A program made the translations under genes and the position numbers. A stretch of DNA of 64,000 nucleotides from Octopus bimaculoides. Lineage: Eukaryota. Positions 52,060 to 64,000 of the stretch are shown here, piece by piece; position 1 is the first letter of the stretch, and every line of letters starts with the position of its first letter. The notes beneath the pieces were generated by a model. The model was not told the DNA's origin and did not search any database. It saw nothing but the letters and a program-made list of their open reading frames with translations. The DNA lies in contig NC_068983.1 of NCBI RefSeq assembly GCF_001194135.2, positions 110,111,305-110,175,304 of the forward strand. Reading direction: 5' to 3'.

Positions 52060-55000
52060 TAGCAGATACTGCCCAGTACTCACTCACATACATTCGTATA
52101 AGCATTTATACTAAGAGATTGGCTAAATAGTTGAGTCAACCCTCTCTGATCACGTTTCCCGTTCTCGTGAACAACAGAGAGAACACAATACACGGACTAT
52201 AGTATGATTACGTCACTTAGGATTTATGCCATCGTTGACTGTAAAATGCCACTAGATAACCTCTCACTATGCAGTTCACATCATACCCTCACCACCGTCA
52301 CATGAGTTTACTCATTCGTATCTAAAAGAAACTAGATTTCTTTTCTTCTGTGGAGCCACAACAATTTTTAAACATTAGATAAATTCTTAAATTTAATGAC
52401 GTACACATCTTATCTTTATTTTATCTTTAGTTTTATCGCACTTGATTTTATTCCATCACATTTGATTTTGTTGGAAAATTTGAAGACACTGTGTACAGAC
52501 AGACTATAAAACAATTTCCTAATTTCTTCTGACTAACGTTATTTTCATTATATTATTCTGTACACTGCGAAAAACGTTATTCACATATATATATTTAAAT
52601 ATTATACACACACGCTACACACAAATATGCACGCACATATGTGTACACGTAAGCGCTATAAATAAGTTGTATTACGCTACATATTTACAATGGTGGTGAC
52701 TAGTTCATAAAAATACCATATATTAAAGTTTAGGTGAGTAACCTAACATTTTGCAAGTGATGTAAAACAACTCGTCCGCTCAATATTCACCTTATGCCCT
52801 TCATTTGCATTTCTGTTCACTAATGATTTGACAAGTTGTAATTCATATATTGCATTGATCTGCTCTTGAAGATTAAAATCAATAACTAAAATAAATTATG
52901 AGAAACATATCAAGGAGAAAGTTATGAAACCTTTAAATGTATTCATAGTAATAATAGATATGATCTCATTACCAACGTTGATAAATGTGACAACAATCTA
53001 TTCTGTGAAACAGAAAACATTATACATTATGGTAGGTAAATATCAGTTCATACAGCGAGAATTTGAAACTGAAAAGACGGTATTCATCAAAATCAATAAA
53101 TCAACATTATCATAAACCTGTTAAGTCCCGACATATTCAGTCACTTCATAAGCGTTCAACTTCCACATTCAGAGATTGTCAATATGGCTGTCATTAACTG
53201 AACATGTTTATGAATGGTACATATTTGCTCCCACTCACTCAATGGGCAATGGCCATATTTTATAAATATAAATACACCACAAAGTTTTGGCCGCTAGGAA
53301 TAATTGATAAGTTGCTTTAATTGAATTAAGGGATCATTGCAATACAATTATTATTGTTGTGAATGTATTATTCCTCCGTGTCTCTGCTACAGTGTTTGTC
53401 TTCTTAAAAGAAGGAACAAGTTCACATGCTTGTTTAATTAAATGTACAGGCTTGAATTTATCGTATTCTGCGACACATGTTTACAAATAGATGGACTCTG
53501 CTGCTTGTAGATTAGGTGTCTTCACATTATCATATTTGTATGTGAAACATACGCTTGTAACTCGCTGTGAGCATGGAACAGAATGTTATTGCGATAGTTT
53601 AAGCATTCTACGTTCTTTTATATATGACTTATTACATGGATTTTATACTTCCTTTTACTCGTAGGTGCAATCCGCCACTGTGTCATTTGTGTTGATGTGA
53701 CATGATTATTCTGCCTTATATCATTTACTGCAGCAAATATTGAACAAGTATTTACTTCCAGAGACTTACAGTCTTGACACCAACGGCTACAAAAGCTGAG
53801 CAGTGAAAGACAAAGTCAGTTAGAAAGTGAGAGTGACATTTAGAAAGTGGGGAGAAACAGAGGAAGAGAAAAGGACAGTGAGAGACAGTTTCGAGAAAAA
53901 GAGAAGTGAGTGAGTGAGAGAAAGTGAGACATAGAGAAACAGAGTTGAAATAAAGAAAAGGTGGGAAGAAGAGGAAAAGAGTTATATCTGGCTAGTACAG
54001 GAGACCTGTAGACAATTATAAGAGAAGCAAAGCACACGAGATGACGGAACACGATAAAATGAAGGTTGTATATAATTGAAATTGAATAATCAGATTAGTT
54101 TATGTTGATAATTATCGTCGAGTATCTTAGCATTGTATATATGGGAAAAATAATCAATATGTGGACATATATATTTTAGTGCTATAAAATTAGCTGTCGC
54201 TTCTGCAGAATTCTATGAAATGTTTTCCACTGGAGAAGAGAATAATATTCTGTGACAATATAGTAGAGCAACTATATATTGCAAATTATATTGGCTGAAA
54301 ATGATTCATGACACTTTTTCTCCATGTAAAAGCCATTGTCAACTGATGAAGCATAGAATAGTCCACTATACTATGTTGGTAGTGTCCCATAGAAGGAAAT
54401 ATCTCTGCTGTTGTCAACTAGCTGCAGTCAAAGATCAGATATCCCCACTCACTAAGTATGTAAATTAACTTTGCGGTATTAATTCTGGTTTCAATCAAAA
54501 TTATCTCCTCTCCTTTTGAGGGTCATGAACTATTACCTCTTTATTCATGGTTTTTATTTTCTTTCATCCGTTGAGAAGTAAATTTCAATGAGAAAGATGC
54601 ACAAAAACAAAATGTGTACGATATTGAATACATTACCTCTTAACTCGCGATGAATCATAAAAAGGCAATGAAAACTGATTTCATTAGATGTTTAGACAGT
54701 CTGTAGCCCTCTAATTTGCACCTTGTGCAAGTGACGCCCTTTCATTCGTGCAGAGCAAAGAGCATTGCCAAATTATGTATTCTGTTGATTATGACAAACT
54801 TACACTACTTGATCTAAGTTTAGTCACAAGTGACTACGAAGTAAAAGCAAAATTTATTTGTTGGAATTAGCTGTCATCTTCAAGTAATTTTACTTTAACA
54901 CGATTAATTTATTTAAATATAAAACTAATTCCCAGATATAACATTTCAAAAGTAGAGACAAGCTGAAACAATTAAAATCAACAAACATCATACAGAGAAG

Positions 55001-56239
55001 CAATAAGAAGCCGACCATTCTCTCAGAATAACCAAAATCGAGTAGTTTAAGTAAACAAAATTATCTATAGAATCTAAGTCAACTTTTACTTCATACATAC
55101 TTATAATATCCCTTATTCATAGTCATACATAAGCATGTACACATACGAACACACTTACACGCACGTATATATATATATATATATAAAAATTTATATGACG
55201 AATCTTTTATCTTTATCACTTAGTATATCTACTGTGCAATAACATTCGGTTCATTATTTTGCTAAACGAACTAATTATCAATAAAAGATAATTTCAAAGA
55301 CTATTCGGAGACAGATAATTTTTTTCACACACAAAACATCACTGTCTCTATTTTATATACTTGATCCTTGGGCAAACTTCAGTGGATAGATATATTTGTA
55401 TTACGATCTAAGATGACACAAATACGCGCCCCTATGAGCAGACACAGTAATTAACTCTACATCATGATCAGACTCACTTTTGACTGTTTAGGCTCCTAGT
55501 CTGTCTCTAATAATGTTTATGCAAAAGTTGTCTTCATTCGTATGATGTTCTAAGATATAAGTATAGGCAACTATATTTTATTCTTAAACAAACTTACATT
55601 TTAAGTTAACTTGAATTTAAATGAATATTTTTTTAATATTCCTTCAAATGTGATGCAGATAGAGAAAAAAAAAAGAAGGTAAATTTCCAGCAAAGCGGCA
55701 TAATAAATTCCAAGATGAGTAATGTTTGCTTTCAGAGTTGTTTACCGTGCGATCGGTAAGACTGTTACAAACACACATAACCTCTCTTAAATTAAATATA
55801 TAAACGTCATATGCAACCGAAAACAATATTTGTCAAAACCGTTTCATGCTTTGTGGTGTGGTGACTGTCTCACAGAAAATTAAATCTTTAACATGGTTCA
55901 CTTTCTTGTTCAAGGGGTTTCAATTGATTTGCAACTAGGATATACGTCACGCATTTTCATTTTCTGGGCTCACATAGATAAAAAACATTATCTCTTTGGT
56001 AGAGGAATATGTTAAAAATACATTTGGCTAGACTTAATTTCACTAATGGAGTAAAAAAACAATACGTTGTTTTTGATGTGATTTGTTTGTAGGGTGGAAA
56101 GTAGTCTCGTGGAAAGAGGTGCATTTTTGACAATTACAGACGCTCTGCGACTCACGAGATTGAAACAATTGTTGTTCAGTCTGAAAATATGCAAGATGAA
56201 GTCTTCACTAAAAAATTAGGAAAGAAAGAAGGGAGGATG

Positions 56240-57950
56240 ATTAAGTTCCAGGATAGCGAGATCGAAAAAAGATTATTTAGTGATGTACAATATAGTTTCC
56301 TTGATTTGGACAATGCCTAAGCAGATAGCCTAATTGAAGAAAGTTTATTTGTTGTTGGAAATGATGTCTAGTTTGCGTGTTTTTAATACATGTGTGTGGA
56401 AGGTTGCAGAAGAGGGAACAGTGTTAAGTTGCAGCAATGAGGCCCTTGCTGTAATAATTGAAGTGAGTAGATACTTTAACTTATACTTAAAGCACACATC
56501 AGAGTTTAGTGTAAGAGACAAAAATACTCTATCATCAGCATACATTGTGATGAAGTGAGATCTGACAAACTTACAATTTTAAGGTATTTGGAAAGGATAC
56601 AACCCATAAGCTGGGAAATTTTGTTGAGACATTCGTGCGTCAAATTCCATCATAATGCATTGCTGATGTGAAGTGCTGTGACATTGTTTTCGGCATCGGA
56701 GAGGAGACGCAGAAATGATGATGATCTTTATGGAAAATAAGACACTTACATGCTTGGAGAAGGGAGTTGACGATTACTCTCATCATCAAATCTTGAAAAA
56801 GAGAGGAATAAATGGATAGTTGAGAGGTCTAGAACTCCTTGGAAATTTTCGGTGCGACGAAAAGGAGATTGTTAGGGGCGGTAGTGTCGATGATTTCAAG
56901 CCACCAAAGAGTTTTCATGTGTGTAGATTGTAGTAGTGGATGCAAAGGCGGCATCTTTCAAATCATGAAAATTCTTACAGAGTCACCTTTCTTGTACTGA
57001 CGATCGAACAATGATACTCTCGGCAAAGAAACAAAAATAACGAGAGCGATTTGGGTAGCGAAAGAGTTTGTAGACATTGTGATAGTTGGGATGGTGAGTA
57101 AGATCCATTTGGTTATTATGATGTAAGTTTCTGTTTACTGCTGTATTTACAGGTTAGCTATGTGTGAACTACGTGACAGACTTGAGATATGGGAAGAGAC
57201 ATACCTAAAAACATAATTTCTGCTAACGTTCATAGCATTGTCATGTACAATAGGAGTGATGTCCATTTACATGGTGTATAAGTGGTGAAATTCTGACTAG
57301 AAATGCCATAGTGTTCAGGATAATTTCAGAGGTGATAATATTCTGTTAAAAGCTAATTTTAGAGGTGAGAACTAGATACGTGTAAGTTATGATACTAACT
57401 GTTCCAGAGCACTCATGAATGCAAAGTATTCGTCTTCTATTACCAGCCGAAAGGTGATATCCAATAGGTGTTGTGACATTTAAAATTGTAGAGAGTCATG
57501 GCTACAGTGAAGTTCAGAAACTGTCGAACAATTACTTAGAAATAGAAATGGAGCTGCACAAGCTACAGATTGATTTAGAGGAGTGAGGATGGGAAATTTT
57601 GATGGAAAGTAACCGAAATTTTAAATGATGTGCAATAAGAGAGAATTGGCAGGGTGAATGGATTTTGCCAATGATTTGATGCTAACATTTAGACTAAAGC
57701 TGGCACCTTGTATGTAACCTTGAAAGTTGAGATGGACAGTATATAAAGGCAAGATAATTAGCGTGCTTAGTGTGGTGTTAGTAAGATGTAGTAAGTTAGA
57801 AACAGGTCCATGAGTATTTACAACGAGGAAGAATTGCTGAAATATTACACAATTTTAATACTAAGGTTGATAAACTAGCTGGTTAGATTAAAAATTGCTG
57901 TCACAAAGAAGAGTATAAACAATTTTGCTTGGTGTGAATATTTAATATAG
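56240..57950 (-). mobile_element. Decayed CR1/Jockey-group LINE (endonuclease and RT remnants)
   Basis: MYADD motif (ORF 56345-56545), HECLNKI..YG.YP-like and KLFGGLK-like segments upstream. Heavily deleted and frameshifted. Confidence 0.7.
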
Positions 57951-58170
57951 TTTGTGCTTTCAAATTTAATCTTAATCAATTTGTGTCTTATAGAAAATTA
58001 ACAAATATTTCACGCCTGTCATGTTTACAAAAAGATAAAAAGAATAGTATAAAAACAATCTAAACACGAACAAGATAGAATTACATTTTTCACCTGTTTC
58101 GTTATATGTCATGTAATATAGTTAACTTCTTTTTCGTATACCATCTCATTTCCCTTTTATTATTTAAAGA

Positions 58171-58225
<55 letters not shown>

Positions 58226-58308
58226 GTGTGTGTGGCTGTTCGTCTGTCAATTTATATATGCACACACACACACACACACACATATTCCATCTTCCGTCTT
58301 TCATTTAC

Positions 58309-58360
<52 letters not shown>

Positions 58361-58559
58361 AACATACATACGTACACACACTCATACTGATACACACTCG
58401 TATGCGTACCTCCTTACCTTCTTACTTGCTTAGGGTTGTCTGCTGAATTCATTAATGATGATCTCTTTCATTACAAATCTTTTAATGATTCTACTTCCCA
58501 AACTTCGTTGCACAGCTACGTTTGCAGACGGGAAGAGTGAATATTTGGTTAGAGAAGCT

Positions 58560-61450
58560 AGGTATTAATCAGCAATGCATGCTTCTTTTTACACTTCTAC
58601 CGAGGGTACTAAGTGCAGTGTTACTTCACATCTTCAGTCTCCCTCTAAGAGTGAGAAAGGCAACACGAATATTTTGTAACAATGTCTTTGAAAAGCTCTT
58701 TTAGTCCTCCACCCAGATGATGACTGTGGTGAAACTGCCTGTTGTGGATCCTGCTGGTGAGGTGAAAGAAAGATATGTGCAACACATATCCAAGTTAACT
58801 AGTTGGTGGTTGAACCATGTGCATTCGATGTTGATTTAACCGGAACACAATGACGATGTTGGTTTGAGGAAAGCTTCTTTTGTCTAGTGTTATACTGGCT
58901 ATATATTATCCATCCATTGCACCAACACAACGGAGTTGAAATACAGTGTATACGGTAGATGAGGATCTGGATTTGGAGGCTGAGATAATTTTCTTCTAGA
59001 AAGCTCGTCTTTCTGAATATCTCAAAAGCTACGGAAGCCTTTCCTAGGATATTAGAATCGTATTCACTGGCGACCCTAAGAAAATTATGCTAAGTATCTG
59101 AAATGGGAGGATATGGTTAGTTTTTGCTGTTTTACAGGAAAAGCAAGGAATGTGAGAGTAGACTATTGTTGTATTGAGAGATGACTTCAGATTCACAATT
59201 GCTAACTCTCAGGCCAATTCTTTTAGAAGATGTAAAATCTGCCAAGATGGTGATATGTATTACTTCCGTAATATGAGCTACCAGAAGTCAGTCATCTGCA
59301 TACTGAAGTTCAATGATGAGTTTAAGTCTGTGCTTATAAATGATTTGTAGCCTTCAAATGATAAAAAAAGTTCCCTGCCGACTCAAAAGTTTACAGTGAT
59401 TTGCCTTTTTTATGTTTTTGCGAAATAATGTGGTCACATAATTGAAAAATAATGTTTGACAACACAGAAAGAAATATGCAACCTTGTCAGACTTCCAATA
59501 AAATTTCGAGGCATAATTTTTGTGTGGAACAGGCGTAGAGGAGTTAGAAATTTTGTTGAACAACTAAACTTTCTGAGAATATCCCAAATATGTTCCTTGT
59601 TAACTGTGTTAGAAGCTTTTAATAGCTTCACAATTGCATTGAACACACCATAGGGTATTTTCTTGCATTGCAACAAATATTTATACTTTGCCTTGACCCT
59701 TTCAGTAGCCACTGACTGGACAGGCCTTTTAGGAATGACTTTGGTTAAAACACTTCTAACAATGAATAAGAGTGCTACACTTTTATTGCTGGAAGAAAAA
59801 TGATTGTACTCTTTGTTCTTCTAGATGTTAACGATATTATTACTCTTCCTACGTTGAGATACATGCACTTGATCCCATGTTTATGCATAAAACAAGGATT
59901 CTATAGTTCAACATTAAAAGGATGTCTGCTAGAATATTGTTCTAACTAAGAGTTTTCTTTATATCTCACAATTTGTAACATCCAATGTTTGTCGTTCGTC
60001 AATATTTTACATGATTTCTCAATGACTACATAGTGGACAAGTTTAGAAGCTTGTTGAAGTGAGTGTTGTTCTTATATGCATCTAATAACCAATATTTCTG
60101 TCGGGAAGTGATGTTTGATGACTTCCCTGCCTCCATAGAATAAGTCGCTGTGTCATAGTCTTTATTGACATCATAAATTTTATGCATGTGATGCATGTAT
60201 TCAGCATCTGAATTTCTTCAACGTACAATGCACAAAGTGTGGATAAAATTTCACTTGCGAAGAGCTCTCTAGTGTTTGTTTTATAGTGTGTGTTGAGAGA
60301 TTGTTTAAAATTACTCTGAGCTTTGTGTAAGTCATTCAAGAAATTTTTGAACTTACTAGAATTCTCATAAAACCAGTTCTAATGTCTTCTTAATTTATAA
60401 TTCGATGCTTCTATTGCAGAATAGAAATCATATGGAAAACCATTTGTCACCAAGCCTGGTTCCAAGGTGATAGTGCATCTGCAGTTTCTAATTTGGCAGC
60501 CGGAAAGTGATGATAGTTCTTATAAAAATCAGTATTTTAGATCTTATAGCAATTGAAGTTTTTGATGTGTGGTACATTAGAGCATTGTAAGAAGTGTACT
60601 TTAGCCTGTGTTAATATCAAGTGATAATCTCGGCCTACCTCATTGCAGGGCAAGTAAAACACCACTGAGATCGACCGGCATAACCATGATGGGAGTGGTC
60701 GCATTTGGGATGCATTCATGAGGTCATGTATTTCTTTCAAGTACAATACGAAATTTGTAAGGTGTAATGTCTCGAGAAGCGTAGTTCCTATCGAAAAATT
60801 AAGATGAAAGAACGGTTCTTGTACTATATTTCTTTAGCCTTTCTCAGAAACCTACTTAGTAATACAGCAGCCCTGGCCTGGTGCTGTTCGCATTGAATCC
60901 ATTGAAATATATGTTTATTGGCGAGAAGAATTTTGACTACAAGTTTTTAGCACAATCAAACTTATTTCCGTTACCAGATAATCCATTATCGCCAAATATG
61001 TTAGAGATACAAAACCCTTGATCTATGGTTCATACTGCAAGAGAAATTTAATACCTGTGAACTAGAGTTTTATAGTCACTTTGAGGGTGCATGTTTCCAA
61101 GTATCGCTATCCGTGTCATGAAGAAAATAGATTCAGTGAGAAGAGTGACCAAAACTTCCATACAATTGAAGAAGGATGTCAAAAATCCAGTCTTTTGAAA
61201 ATTGCTGCAAAAATGAGTGCCACAGGTGTTCCCCAAGAAGTGTATTCCTAGCGTTTTTCGTCCTATAAAGATCATTAAATGATAAGTGTTACGGAATATC
61301 AACTAAGATAAGATGTATTTCTGGGTCTACGTTATCGCAAGTTTCCCTCTGGATCCCACGTTATTCTCTCTCACCTTAGGTTTGAAGCTGTAATTCACCC
61401 AGCTACCGTGGGTGGCTATGAAGACATCCAGCAGAACTCTTCGTGATGGA
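58560..61450 (-). mobile_element. Decayed near full-length RTE-clade LINE
   Basis: Endonuclease-like TS*MHPKCDHSH (cf. TSWMHPRSKHWH) at ~60680-60730. RT-like LLKASNTVNKEHIWDILRKFSCSTKFLTPLRLFH (cf. DLTKAFDTVNRE.LW.IL.KFGCP.KF...LRLFH) in ORF 59434-59712. Confidence 0.85.
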
Positions 61451-61579
61451 CAGTGTATGTTCTGTCAGAAAAAAAGTTACACATGAAGACTGATTTCTGC
61501 TTCGCCATCCACATGCATGAACTAGCCAGCAACAGCGACCTATAAGAAAAATAGTTGAAAGCACTAATTTTGTAAGGCA

Positions 61580-61720
<141 letters not shown>

Positions 61721-62368
61721 ATATGCACACATTCATATATATACATGCTCACACAAAAATCTGTTTCTTTGTGCGAGAAAAACTAAAACGTTGATTTTCG
61801 TGTCCTCTCTAAACGTATTAATGGCAGGGCTTCATAAGAATCTAAAACTCATTGAGCTCTGAACTCACCTAAACTTATTTATATTCTACCTCACTGGATT
61901 TGTATGTCATACTTCCAGCAATACACACGATTTGCATTCCAAGAGATTAGTGTAATATTCTGGGATTTATCTTCCATTCATGACAAAAGGTATTTGATAT
62001 TTATTCATGGTGCTTTATGGAATATGTTGAGATTTTGAAAGAAATATCTCAGCGCAAGGAAATTTAAAATAACATGATAAAATCGATACGAAGAGAAAAA
62101 CAGATTCTTTTAATAGATTGAACATCTTCAGTTTCGACAGTGAAACTTCGATATTTTACTTCGCTTTCCCCCTAGCATATTATACAGTGCATGATAAACT
62201 TAGACTTAATACTTGCACTCTATGCCATATTTTACATGATTATCTTTTTGGCCAGAATTGTAGCCACATGACATTCAAATTGGTTATCGGAAGTTTCTGA
62301 AGAGCAGAAATTTTGTAGATTAAGGAGATATAATCGCTTAGTATTTTCATATCAGTTTCTTTACTCGA

Positions 62369-62429
<61 letters not shown>

Positions 62430-62431
<2 letters not shown>

Positions 62432-63120
62432 ATTCTTTATGTCTGTGTTATCGTCTGCCTGTCTTTCCCAATCAAGCTCTTGAATAACATTCTTGATCAA
62501 ATTAGCCAAGTAGAGCCGTGTGTTATCGCATATTTCTCCGGGTCGTTTCAGCTGGATTGCCTCGTTAAGCCGGTGCATTCGCTGAAAGTAAAGCTCTGCA
62601 TTGACCATGTTGTTGTTTTCAAGTATTTCCAAGTGAAGTAACCCTTCCTAATCTTCTGAAATGCAGATAATTGTTTTGTATATACGTAGTTCTGGTTTTG
62701 CTCGAACTTTTAGCGGTAGGGACTCAGCCAATCATTGTTCTGTGTGTAGTCTGACGTAAAGTCCTAATTTCCAAACCCGGTAACAATGTGGTAAAAAATC
62801 TGCGTCCATACTTGCCCGTTATCGAGCGACCAAACCGGCGCCAATAGAAAAGTATGTCGTTTTTGTTCAGAGTGTGTGGTCCCCACGCATTAAGTTTTTG
62901 TACCTAAGCTATCGAGGGAAGGTGACGGGCAACGGTATCATGACAACATACAGTCTACTTGACCACATAGTGGATTAGCGCGGATCCTCGGGGATGGGAG
63001 TTCAAAAACAATTCTCATTGAACTGAACATATGCAGAGAGGTAGGGTTGAATTTCCTCTCATTTGGAGCTAAAAAACATTTTTGCGTAGTTCCTGCGGTA
63101 ATGGCAGATGAGGAAGTTGG
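62430..63120 (-). mobile_element. Mariner transposase relic, 3'-truncated by a (TATC)n array
   Basis: EDPR*ST, HDTVARHLPSIA*VQKLNAWGPHTL (WVPHxL), SIGAGLVAR, IVTG, DWLSP, AKPEL, EGLLHLEILEN..VNAELY..RLNEAIQLKRP..CDNTR..IQELDWE. Confidence 0.9.
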
Positions 63121-63131
63121 TACATATGTGC

Positions 63132-63170
<39 letters not shown>

Positions 63171-63249
63171 GGTAGTCTCTGGTAGTCTGAGAAGGAACAA
63201 CCTGTACGATCGTTTGTTTATAGTTATCAAATGTATGTGCTGTCCATTA

Positions 63250-63430
63250 TCTTACTCTCTCCATCAAATCGACGCTACTCGAATAGATCCCCAGTGTACC
63301 ACATGCCATATATCGAAGTGATTGCAGCAACGTGAGATGAAGTGTTTTGCTCAAGAACACAATATACCACCTGGTCCAGGAATTGAAATCACGATCTCGC
63401 TGTGTGGTGGAACACCTTCTTAATAGGACA
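63250..63430 (-). mobile_element. Diverged CORE-like SINE related to 7703-7996
   Basis: Reverse complement reads gtgatttcaattcctggacc...attgtgttcttgagcaaaacacttcatctcacgttgctgc. Confidence 0.7.
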
Positions 63431-63965
63431 TGCACTCACTCACACACACACACACTCACCCTACACCCAGATCCACATATGCACATATACATTTAAAAGA
63501 ATAGATAGACACATATATAACAAACTATAAAAAAAAACGAATGAAAGTATATGAAGTACGTACACGAGAGGTTCTTGTTTTATCGAGATAATCTCTGCTC
63601 CAGAGATGGTAGAACAATCGCTTTGTGGTAATCGAGACGAACTAAAAATGAGGAGGTCAAATAGTCTTGAGAAAAAATAATTTGTTAAATCTGATATGCC
63701 ATTGAAGAAAAAAAAAACAAAAAAAAAACAATCTGAGTGTCTGGAAATAAAAAGAAGAGAACTTCAGAAAGGTGATTTTGATCAATAGGCGTCATTAGCA
63801 CAGCATTTGTCTTCCACACGAAATGCACGAGCGACTTCCCTCAACAAAACTTTATTCACAAATCGGAGACTGTGCAGAAGAATATCTGTACCGCTTACTG
63901 AGTAGTTAGAGAGATCTTAGAATTTCTTTCTAAAATGCTCATCATATCTATGCAGCTACGTATTG

Positions 63966-64000
<35 letters not shown>

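Noticed and set aside
53665-53830. Strong polypyrimidine acceptor at 53664 (also lone donors at 37997 and ~48837)
   Set aside because: All three frames hit stops quickly and the signals are unpaired; expected by chance in 64 kb.
62700-63120. CpG-rich island with CCAAT and TGACGT motifs that looked like a promoter
   Set aside because: Minus-strand translation shows it is the N-terminal half of a mariner transposase (WGPHTL, IVTG, AKPEL).

Overview
AT-rich, repeat-saturated animal genomic DNA from a draft short-read assembly: about 12 N-gaps, nearly all flanked by microsatellites. The SINE families and (TAA)n/(CA)n/(TATG)n load look like a coleoid cephalopod (Octopus); this is my recognition, not a database result. 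I found no host protein-coding exon, rRNA, real tRNA or CRISPR array, and most ORFs in the track are microsatellite translations. The window is intergenic or deep-intronic and consists of TE relics. (i) Bases 1-5.2 kb hold a pile-up of five R4/Dong-type (RT + restriction-like endonuclease) retrotransposon pieces, four of them 3' ends tailed by (TAA)n. (ii) There are three mariner relics, one full-length with TIRs. (iii) There are Penelope-like relics, including a stop-free GIY-YIG segment. (iv) There are CR1/L2-like and RTE LINE relics, more than a dozen SINE copies, and a TTAA-flanked MITE. The most notable signals are several hammerhead-ribozyme motifs read directly from the sequence. One has an intact minimal type I core (50606-50651, minus strand) and sits in a mirror-image cassette. 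Another pair lies in direct repeats (about 280 and 370 bp) next to the Penelope endonuclease, giving a retrozyme/pLTR-like layout. All translations, alignments and folds were done by eye, and boundaries of decayed elements are approximate.
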